Of a stretch of DNA of 64,000 nt, positions 53,203-61,090 are shown piece after piece (the first letter of the stretch is position 1; the number at the start of each line of letters is the position of its first letter). Source of the stretch: Cyanobacteria bacterium P01_A01_bin.123 (GTDB lineage: Bacteria > Cyanobacteriota > Cyanobacteriia > Phormidesmidales > Phormidesmidaceae); assembly GCA_039815185.1 (NCBI GenBank), contig JBCBZT010000016.1:64001-128000 (forward strand), in the 5' to 3' direction. The notes under the pieces are model-generated. The model searched no databases. It saw only the letters and a program-made list of their open reading frames with translations, and had not been told where the DNA came from. Both the position numbers and the translations under genes were made by a program.

Positions 53203-53535
53203 TTAGTCATCAATGTCCAGAAAATCCATTACATCTATAGGGTCATGCTGTTTGGCCATGACAAACGAGTTGTCAAAATAGGTGAGGTAGAGTTCAAACT
53301 CATAATCTTCGAGCATCATGGCTTTCCAAGTTGCGGTGAAAAACCATTCGGCATCGTCTCGGCTAGACCAGAGCAAGACTGCTGCAAAACTGCGATTTTC
53401 TCTTGATGTCAAAAAGGATTTATCGATGAGTCCAAATGCATTGTGAAAGCCGCTGGCAATCCCGGCGATCGCCATGGGCATATGTTCGATTGCGATATCG
53501 TCAGGCAATTTAAATTGAACGAGGACAGTGATCAT
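53203..53535 (-). CDS. YdhR-like dimeric alpha-beta barrel protein (putative monooxygenase)
   Basis: ATG 53535 with AGGAG RBS; MITVLVQFKLP...GLIDKSFL...VLLWSSRDDAE..F. Confidence 0.6.
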   Translation of the reverse strand: MITVLVQFKLPDDIAIEHMPMAIAGIASGFHNAFGLIDKSFLTSRENRSFAAVLLWSSRDDAEWFFTATWKAMMLEDYEFELYLTYFDNSFVMAKQHDPIDVMDFLDIDD

Positions 53536-53747
53536 AGCGGACTCCTGCGGGGCAACACATTGAAGTCTAAGACTAGATCGAGAAGAAGTCGGGAAAGCAC
53601 ATCGCGGCCTGGACTCCGATAGCATGGATAGATAAACCGTCGGCCTAGACTTGTTCGCTGCTGCCGTACGCAACCCGCTAGCCCTCAGCGAAAGAGAGGT
53701 AACCATTAACCTCAAATTTGTTCACTGTTGTCTTTATTTACAGACAA

Positions 53748-54746
53748 ATGGGAAAGTCACTACCCCCCGGCCTTCTGATTAAAACGGGGAAATTTGTTTG
53801 GTCTACAATGTGGCATGTGATGATGTCGCAAATGGCTCCGCGGAATACATCTGGGGTCTATCTACGACCTGAGAGCAGTTTTCGTCAGTGGGTTAAGGCT
53901 GACAGTGACGGTGATTTCCCACCCGAGATGGGGCGCTACCAATTGGTGGTGGGGTTGGGTTGCCCGTGGGCTCACCGTACGTTGGTGACGCGGGTATTGA
54001 AAGGATTAGACGAGGCGATCGCAATTGTGCCCGTCTCGCCCTCTCCTGACCAAGGCATGTGGGTAATGGATCAGCCGTTTGAAGGATGTAAAACCCTGCC
54101 TGATCTTTATCAAAAGGCTCAACCCGGTTATAGCGGTCGCTGTACCGTACCTGTGCTATGGGACAGCCAACGAAAAACCATTGTCAACAATGAAAGTGCC
54201 GATATCATCGTTATGCTCAACGATGGGTTCAATGGGCTGGCCAAACACCGGGAATATAACCTGTACCCTAATGAACTTAAAGACACTATTGATGACTGGA
54301 ACGAAAAAATCTACGCCACGGTAAACAACGGCGTGTATCGCTGTGGTTTTGCCCAAACTCAAACAGCCTACGATAAAGCCTGCCAAGCGTTATTTTCTAC
54401 CCTGGATGAAATTGACAATCTGCTCACGACTCAGCGCTATCTCTGCGGCGATTGCATTACCCTAGCCGACGTGCGTCTGTTTACCACTTTGTTTCGATTT
54501 GATGTGGTTTACTACGGGTTGTTCAAGTGTAACCGCCGCCGTATTCAAGACTACGAGCAGCTTGGCCCCTACCTGCGTGACCTCTACCAACTGCCAGGCG
54601 TGTCTGAGACATGCCATCTCGATGCTGTTAAACGCGACTATTACGGCAACTTATTTCCCCTAAACCCTGGCGGCATTATCCCTGCTGGGCCAGAGATTGA
54701 CAGTTTAGTGCTCCCCCATAGGAGAGAACACATCGGCACCCAGTGA
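53748..54746 (+). CDS. Glutathione S-transferase, glutathionyl-hydroquinone reductase (YqjG/ECM4-like)
   Basis: CPWAHR, TVPVLWD, NNESADI, NNGVYRCGFA, RFDVVY. Confidence 0.92.
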   Translation: MGKSLPPGLLIKTGKFVWSTMWHVMMSQMAPRNTSGVYLRPESSFRQWVKADSDGDFPPEMGRYQLVVGLGCPWAHRTLVTRVLKGLDEAIAIVPVSPSPDQGMWVMDQPFEGCKTLPDLYQKAQPGYSGRCTVPVLWDSQRKTIVNNESADIIVMLNDGFNGLAKHREYNLYPNELKDTIDDWNEKIYATVNNGVYRCGFAQTQTAYDKACQALFSTLDEIDNLLTTQRYLCGDCITLADVRLFTTLFRFDVVYYGLFKCNRRRIQDYEQLGPYLRDLYQLPGVSETCHLDAVKRDYYGNLFPLNPGGIIPAGPEIDSLVLPHRREHIGTQ

Positions 54747-54939
54747 GAATCTAGATTTGGCGAGGGGAACACTGGTCTATAGCAACTATCGAAATACTTT
54801 TGCGAGCAAATTAATTCAACGATACTAGATGTCTGAAGCAAGGTGCCGTTGGCTCTATTGCTTTTCTGGCAGCGTAGTTTAGCGATACCCGGTGCTATTA
54901 AGCAATGGGACTAAAGCTAATACAATCAAGCTTGTTTCA

Positions 54940-56364
54940 ATGACTGTGGAAACATTCGTGCATTCTCCTACTGTCCAACCACACCAACTCGATGCTAGCG
55001 ATCAACCGCTGAGGATCGATTCTGTTTTACTGGAGTTGCCTCTCTATGACTTTCAGTTAGAGGCGACTTGCCTGGGCGAAACCCTTGCCGCTTATTTTGA
55101 GCAGTATCCGCACTTGCCTGGGGTTGTGCTGGTAAAGCAGGCAAAGTTTTTTGGCATGATCGCCCGCCACGAATTTCTAGAATATTTGCTGCGCCCCGAG
55201 GGACTCGATCTGTTTTTGCAGCGTTCTCTCCAAGTCTTGCACAGTTATGCTCGTCCCCAACCCCTGCTCTTATCTGGTGACACTCCGATTATTGCAGCGG
55301 CCCAGCAGTTTTTACGACGCGCCACGACTCATCAAAACAGCCCCATTGTGGTCGACGATAACGGGCAATTTCGGTTGCTCAATGTCCACGATTTGAATGT
55401 GGCCTACTGGCAAATTCGCGGCATTGAAACTCAGGTTCGCTATGAACGTTCCCAGGCGCAAATTCTACAAAGTCAAAAAATGGCGGCCTTGGGTCGGCTT
55501 GTCGATGGGGTAGCCCACGAAATTCTGGATCCGATTGGGTTTATTTGGGGCAATTTGGTTCATGTACAGCAATACAGTCAAGATTTGCTCGACCTCATTG
55601 AAGCCTACGAAACCACATTTTCTGAGCGTCCCCCAGCGCTCGAAACCCTACGACAAGATATTGAGCTCGACTATTTGCAACGCGATTTGCCCCTCACGGT
55701 AGGCAGTATTCAAAACGGGGCAGCGCGGATCAAAAACCTAGCTGCGAGTCTGCAAAACTTTTGTCACATTGATGAGATTTATCCTAAACCTGCGGATGTG
55801 CACAGCCTACTCGACAGCATTTTGCTCCTGTTTAAGAGCCGTCTGACCACGAAAATTCAAGTTGTGTGCAACTACGGACATCTCCCCCCATTAGCCTGCT
55901 ATGGCGGACAGCTGAGCCAGGTGTTTATGAATATTCTGTCTAACCTGATTGATACCCTGCTTGAGCAAACGATTCGCCGTGATCTAGCAACTGAATTTGA
56001 TGGTGGACGTTCCCTCAGGGGAAACCCTGCTGAACTGCCTCAAATTATGATTACTACTGATATTCGGACGTTGCCTGAGGGAATCGGTCAACCATCCCAG
56101 GAAGATGATCGCTGGGTGTCAATTATCATTGCAGACAACGGCCCAGGGCTGTCGCCAAAGGTAGAACAGCAATTACAACAAGCTTTCTCTATTGAAACCC
56201 GCATGTTCAAAGAAACCAGTTTGGCAATGAGCTATCGCATTATTACGGCTAAACATGGAGGTAAGTTTTTGGTGCGATCGCGTGCCTTCTCAAACAACAA
56301 CTTACCTGAGAGCGTCGGCACCGAGTTTCAAATTTTGCTGCCCTTAAACCAAAGCGAGCGCTGA
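54940..56364 (+). CDS. Sensor histidine kinase-like protein (CBS-like N-terminus, degenerate ATP lid)
   Basis: QKMAALGRLVDGVAHEILDP H-box, QVFMNILSN N-box, DNGPG G1; F and G2 boxes altered. Confidence 0.85.
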   Translation: MTVETFVHSPTVQPHQLDASDQPLRIDSVLLELPLYDFQLEATCLGETLAAYFEQYPHLPGVVLVKQAKFFGMIARHEFLEYLLRPEGLDLFLQRSLQVLHSYARPQPLLLSGDTPIIAAAQQFLRRATTHQNSPIVVDDNGQFRLLNVHDLNVAYWQIRGIETQVRYERSQAQILQSQKMAALGRLVDGVAHEILDPIGFIWGNLVHVQQYSQDLLDLIEAYETTFSERPPALETLRQDIELDYLQRDLPLTVGSIQNGAARIKNLAASLQNFCHIDEIYPKPADVHSLLDSILLLFKSRLTTKIQVVCNYGHLPPLACYGGQLSQVFMNILSNLIDTLLEQTIRRDLATEFDGGRSLRGNPAELPQIMITTDIRTLPEGIGQPSQEDDRWVSIIIADNGPGLSPKVEQQLQQAFSIETRMFKETSLAMSYRIITAKHGGKFLVRSRAFSNNNLPESVGTEFQILLPLNQSER

Positions 56365-57725
56365 GCCGTTAACCGCTCAAATCGCCAGGTCAACACCACT
56401 GCCGCAAACAGCAATCCCAGCGCCATCCCCCACCAATAACCGACCCCACCCAAGCCGAGCGGGCGGGCGAGCAAATAGCCAATTGCCAATCCCAAACACC
56501 AGTAAGACACAATCCCAATCAGCAAAGGAATCCGGGTATCTTTAAGGCCCCGTAGGGCACCCGCAGCGGTGACTTGAATGCCATCGACGAGTTGAAATAG
56601 GGCAGCGATGCCTAAGAGAATTTTGGCCATCATCACCACAGCCTGGTTTTCAGGAGTATTCACATCTAGATAGAGCGAAACAATCACATTTGGTGCGGCC
56701 CAAAACAAGATCGCCATGCCTCCCATAAACATGCCGCCTATGCCAATACAAATCAGCCCGGCCTGTCGCGCCGCTAACCTTTGACCTTGCCCCAACAGTT
56801 GCCCAACGCGAATTGTGGCTGCCATGGAAACGCCTAGGGGCACCATGAACGTAGTAGCCGCGGTTTGTAGCGCAATTTGGTGGGCTGCTAGTGTAACAGT
56901 GCCAAACTGACTGATCAAAAACGTGGCGACGGTAAACAATCCGCCTTCTACCGCACTCAGGGCACCAATGGGCAAGCCCACCCGCAACAGTTCTCCCAAC
57001 TCCTGTTGGGCAAAACTTGGGACTTGGCTCAGCAGGCGGTATGGCCTAAACTCAGGCCGTTGCAGAACGTAGCCGATGAGCATCATTGCCATGCCCCCAA
57101 AGGACAGCACACTAGCCCACCCGATACCGCTTAATCCCATCGCTGGGAACCCAAACTTGCCCAGGGCTAAACTGTAGTTACCTATTAGGTTAATCAATGT
57201 TCCCAGAATTCCGATCACCATAATTGGGCGGGGGGAAGTGACCACAGCAACAAAGCTGCGGAGGGCTATAACCATCAACGCAGGTGGGTAACCCCACAGC
57301 ACTGTGTTGAGATATTGACGGGTGAGGGCGCTCGTTTCTGGCGTTTGACCTAGCCAGGGCAACCACAGGTCAGCCTGCCATAGGATGGCCATCATTAATA
57401 GACTCAACCCTGTCGCCACGATCAACCCTTGCTGAAAAAAACGCTGCATTCGGTGGGGCTGATTTGCGCCATAAGCTTCGGCCACTAAGGGGCTGATGGC
57501 TGAAATCAGGCCAGTGGAGAGCATTAGTAAAAACGTAAACGAGACCGCGCCTAGGCCACCAGCTGCGATCGCATCACGACCCAAACGCCCCATCATCACC
57601 GTATCGATAAACCCCGTCGCGATGTGCGCAAGCTGGGCCGCAGCCAAAGGAGTAGCTAAGCCGAGACAAATCCGCAATTCTTGCCAGATTGAGATGGGTT
57701 TAACTGAACGAGATTGAAGCATCAT
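56328..57725 (-). CDS. MATE family efflux transporter (NorM-like)
   Basis: FIDTVMMGRLG, AAHQIA, FQLVDGIQ..GALRG.KDT. Confidence 0.92.
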   Translation of the reverse strand: MMLQSRSVKPISIWQELRICLGLATPLAAAQLAHIATGFIDTVMMGRLGRDAIAAGGLGAVSFTFLLMLSTGLISAISPLVAEAYGANQPHRMQRFFQQGLIVATGLSLLMMAILWQADLWLPWLGQTPETSALTRQYLNTVLWGYPPALMVIALRSFVAVVTSPRPIMVIGILGTLINLIGNYSLALGKFGFPAMGLSGIGWASVLSFGGMAMMLIGYVLQRPEFRPYRLLSQVPSFAQQELGELLRVGLPIGALSAVEGGLFTVATFLISQFGTVTLAAHQIALQTAATTFMVPLGVSMAATIRVGQLLGQGQRLAARQAGLICIGIGGMFMGGMAILFWAAPNVIVSLYLDVNTPENQAVVMMAKILLGIAALFQLVDGIQVTAAGALRGLKDTRIPLLIGIVSYWCLGLAIGYLLARPLGLGGVGYWWGMALGLLFAAVVLTWRFERLTAQRSLWFKGSKI

Positions 57726-58069
57726 TTGGCAGCACCCGCGATCACACAAGAACTACAAACGTAGCATAAATGTAGTTCTAAATCTTGCGGGGCCAGCGTT
57801 GTTTCAAGCAGCTCGGCAAGACCATCGCGGGTCGTTTTCTCAATGAAAGACTCCCTGAACACATCCTAATCAGCTACCCCTGTCAATACGAACGCAGACC
57901 AGTTGCGCGGTTCGGGATGCTGTTCCATCGTGATTGCAAGAAAATACTGGCCCAACGGAATTTTTAAGACAGAGATGCCAGGGTTCTGGCCAAACTCCGT
58001 CAAAACGTTTTGGGTTACCTCAAGACCTTTGGCATCTGATTTGAGTGCAAGACGAGCAAGCCGAATCGT

Positions 58070-59149
58070 TTAACCCGAGTTCCCTGCCCAATAGTCTCGA
58101 CTAATAAACGGCAAGTCCACAACTGTCGCTACCCCGTCGCCAATTTCCACCGTTAACCCATTACCGCCTGCTTTTGTGCGGATGTAGCCCAAGCCCCTCC
58201 AACCCGCTGGGGTTTCGATCAGGCTGGTCAGGACGCCAACTTTATTACCCTCAAAGGTAATGGGGCTGCCAGTGGGCGCATTCCCATTGAGGTGGAGACC
58301 CCAGAGTTGCTGTTTTACGCCTTGATAGGTGTTGAGACGGGCAATGGTTTCTTGGCCGATGTAGCAACCCTTGTTGAAGGAAATCGCATCCCATAGCCCC
58401 GCTTCTAGGGGATTGTAGTCTTCGGTGAGTTCCTTCTCAGGCATCGGTCGCCCCTGCTCAATTCGCAGGCGTTCCCATACGGTTTCGCCTGTCGGCACGG
58501 CTCCAGCTGCGGTAATGTCTTGCCAAAGCTGTTCTCCGTGTTCCACAGGGGCAATCAGGGTATACCCTGGCGAGGCCAAACCGCTACCTACGGCCAGCGT
58601 GAGTTCAACGTCCCCTAAGGAGACGGTTTGATGATGAGAAGGGGGCTTGCCCGCGATCGCGCTCCAACCTAGCTTTGCTAAACACGCATTCGCTGCTGGC
58701 CCAATCAGGCTAAAGGCTACAGTTTCAGCAGTTACATTGGCCAGTTTGACCTTATCTGCAAAAAAAATGTAGCGATCCATCCAGTCGATTAACTTCTGAA
58801 CCTGACCGGGTGAAGTTAATAACAGCACACTGTCGGCTTTGACATAGGCGCTCACCAGGTCAACCGTTCGCGCAGTAGAGGTGACAAACACGGTGTCGCA
58901 TCCTTCACCAGGCTGGCGGGACTGAAAATCATGGGTGGTTTGGTTGTGGAGAAATCGCAGGCGATCGCTGTCGCTGACCACAATCCGACCCCAATGGCTG
59001 CGATCGACCAGGGCAACAGTGCTTTGAACAGCTTGGTAGGCCTCAACGTCATTGCCAAAGCTGAGGGGAATAACGCGATCGTCAATTGTGGCTAAGGTTG
59101 CCCCCTGGTTAATGTAAGACCCTTGAAGTGCCTGCGTCATCGCCCTCAT
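58070..59149 (-). CDS. ygfZ: Folate-binding protein YgfZ (GcvT family)
   Basis: KGCYIGQET motif, DRLRFLHNQTT. Confidence 0.9.
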   Translation of the reverse strand: MRAMTQALQGSYINQGATLATIDDRVIPLSFGNDVEAYQAVQSTVALVDRSHWGRIVVSDSDRLRFLHNQTTHDFQSRQPGEGCDTVFVTSTARTVDLVSAYVKADSVLLLTSPGQVQKLIDWMDRYIFFADKVKLANVTAETVAFSLIGPAANACLAKLGWSAIAGKPPSHHQTVSLGDVELTLAVGSGLASPGYTLIAPVEHGEQLWQDITAAGAVPTGETVWERLRIEQGRPMPEKELTEDYNPLEAGLWDAISFNKGCYIGQETIARLNTYQGVKQQLWGLHLNGNAPTGSPITFEGNKVGVLTSLIETPAGWRGLGYIRTKAGGNGLTVEIGDGVATVVDLPFISRDYWAGNSG

Positions 59150-59444
59150 TGGTAAATACTGATTTGATCACTAATGGTGATTGTAACTTGTGATAATTCC
59201 GCTCAGGATGATCAGCCTGCCCGTAACGGCTATCGCTGGTTAACGATCTTATCGAGTCAAAGAGAAAAGTTATAGAAAGTGACCTTGTCTAGTTAAACCG
59301 CGTTAGGGTTGAGTTGAGACTAAACGACATCCGGTGTGAAAACTTGGTTTTTGCCCAAGCAGAAGCGATCGGTCTGGATAGGGTCAAGATTTATTACTCA
59401 AACTCACGTCCAATTGTTCTTTTTGAAATCACTTAGTGGCGTCA

Positions 59445-60323
59445 ATGAAACGGGCATATAGGGTTGGTTTGCTTTGGGTAGGTGCAATGTTAGCGGGTCT
59501 AATGCTGTCGCTGGGACAGGGCGCGGCCCAGGTGCGGCGACCGCCTAACCCAGGGGCAAGAGATGTTACACCAGCACCACTTGAGCCCCCTATGGAGCAA
59601 AGTCCGCAGTTGATTAGCCCACAAACTGGCTCAGAAACCGACTGGCGCGCGCCTGCCAGTCAGCGCCCTATTGATGTGGTAGATCGAGTCCAAACAGATA
59701 GTGATTTTGATCAATTTCGCGATCGCTTGAGTCAGGCTATTCGCCGTCGCGATGTTGATTTTGTGATGTCGATTTTGCCATCGGAAGGAGTAGCCATGGG
59801 GTTCGGGGGCTTCATGCCCGTCTCTTCCCTCGACCTTAATAATCCTGAGAGCTGGTTTTGGCAGACCCTTGAGAAGATGATGCTGATCGAAAGCTGTGAA
59901 CTCGATAGCTATCCTGGCAGCATTCCTGATGCAGCAGTGTGGGTCTGCCCTAATGTGGCCAATACGTTTTATCGCCAGTATCCTTCTCCCGAGCAATTGG
60001 AAGAGACAGACTATGGTTTGCAGCAGGTGGTCGTAATGGGACGGGGGGTCAATGTGCGATCGCAACCTAATACCCAGACCTCGATCATCGGGGTTCTCTC
60101 CAATGAAGTTGTTACCTTTGATCGGTTCACTTGGGATATGCTAAATCACTCAGACCAGCAAACCATGGCCGATCCGCTCAATGGATGGACCCCTGTGATT
60201 TTGCCGGATCAAACCCGTGGTTTTGTCTACAATCGTTACGTCTATCAACCCCTGGATCCTCGGGGGTTATTCGAGCATAACAACGGTCGTTGGCAACTCT
60301 TTCGCATTTTGGCTGGCAGTTGA
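59445..60323 (+). CDS. Secreted hypothetical protein with SH3b domain
   Basis: Signal peptide, Pro-rich linker, VNVRSQPN...GWTPV...GFV. Confidence 0.7.
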   Translation: MKRAYRVGLLWVGAMLAGLMLSLGQGAAQVRRPPNPGARDVTPAPLEPPMEQSPQLISPQTGSETDWRAPASQRPIDVVDRVQTDSDFDQFRDRLSQAIRRRDVDFVMSILPSEGVAMGFGGFMPVSSLDLNNPESWFWQTLEKMMLIESCELDSYPGSIPDAAVWVCPNVANTFYRQYPSPEQLEETDYGLQQVVVMGRGVNVRSQPNTQTSIIGVLSNEVVTFDRFTWDMLNHSDQQTMADPLNGWTPVILPDQTRGFVYNRYVYQPLDPRGLFEHNNGRWQLFRILAGS

Positions 60324-60330
60324 AGGGGTT

Positions 60331-61023
60331 CTATCGTCGCTGCTGTTTCATCAGCCCTAATAACGGCCCTAAAATCAAGCCAAACACAAAGCCACCCGCA
60401 TGGGCCCAATAGGCGACGCCCCCAGACCCTACAGCCATGGGCGAGTTGAGGCTAGCAATACCGTAGAACGCCTGCTGTACGAACCAAAACCCCAGGAAGA
60501 ACAGCGCTGGAATTCGCACGGTTGTGATAAAGAAAAAGAGGGGAATCAGCGTCAAAATTTGGGCCCTGGGAAAGCGCAAAATGTAGGCACCCATGATCCC
60601 TGCGATCGCGCCACTGGCTCCTAATGTTGGGATAGTTGAAGTGGGCTCAACAACCCATTGGCTTAACCCAGCTAATACCCCACACCCCAGGTAGAAAATC
60701 AAAAACCTGACCTTACCCAGTTGATCTTCAATGTTGTTGCCAAACACCCATAGGTAGAGCATGTTGCCCCCTACATGTAAAAATCCCCCGTGGAGAAACT
60801 GGGAACTAATCAACGTAAACCACTCCAGTAGGGGCAATGGGCCTTGTCCTGCAAAGCTGGCAGTGAGTTGACTAGGCACGATCGCCCAACGGTCAAAGAA
60901 CAGCTCAAGCTGGCCCGATGGCAGGGTGATTTCATATAGAAAAATAAAGATGTTGAGCCCCAGCAGCCAGTAAGTGATGACTGGGGTTGAGCGGGTGGGG
61001 TTGTCATCGTTTAGGGGAACCAC
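60331..61023 (-). CDS. Rhomboid family intramembrane serine protease
   Basis: FLHGG.LHVGGNM, GASGAIAG, AHAGG. Confidence 0.93.
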   Translation of the reverse strand: MVPLNDDNPTRSTPVITYWLLGLNIFIFLYEITLPSGQLELFFDRWAIVPSQLTASFAGQGPLPLLEWFTLISSQFLHGGFLHVGGNMLYLWVFGNNIEDQLGKVRFLIFYLGCGVLAGLSQWVVEPTSTIPTLGASGAIAGIMGAYILRFPRAQILTLIPLFFFITTVRIPALFFLGFWFVQQAFYGIASLNSPMAVGSGGVAYWAHAGGFVFGLILGPLLGLMKQQRR

Positions 61024-61031
61024 AAGCTATC

Positions 61032-61062
61032 GAGGCTGGGTTGAGCGTCAGGGAACCCAGCA
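61032..61062 (+). repeat. Degenerate REP-like palindrome
   Basis: GAGGCTGGGTTGAGCGTCAGGGAACCCAGCA (GCTGGGTT/AACCCAGC stem). Confidence 0.55.
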
Positions 61063-61090
61063 CATTGCTCCATTGTGCGTTGTCGTTGGA

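Noticed and set aside
53536..53715. N-terminal 60 aa of the 170-aa ORF; also considered as a known riboswitch (c-di-GMP, guanidine, glutamine)
   Set aside because: The RBS supports ATG 53535, and the sequence does not match the consensus cores of those riboswitches as I recall them.
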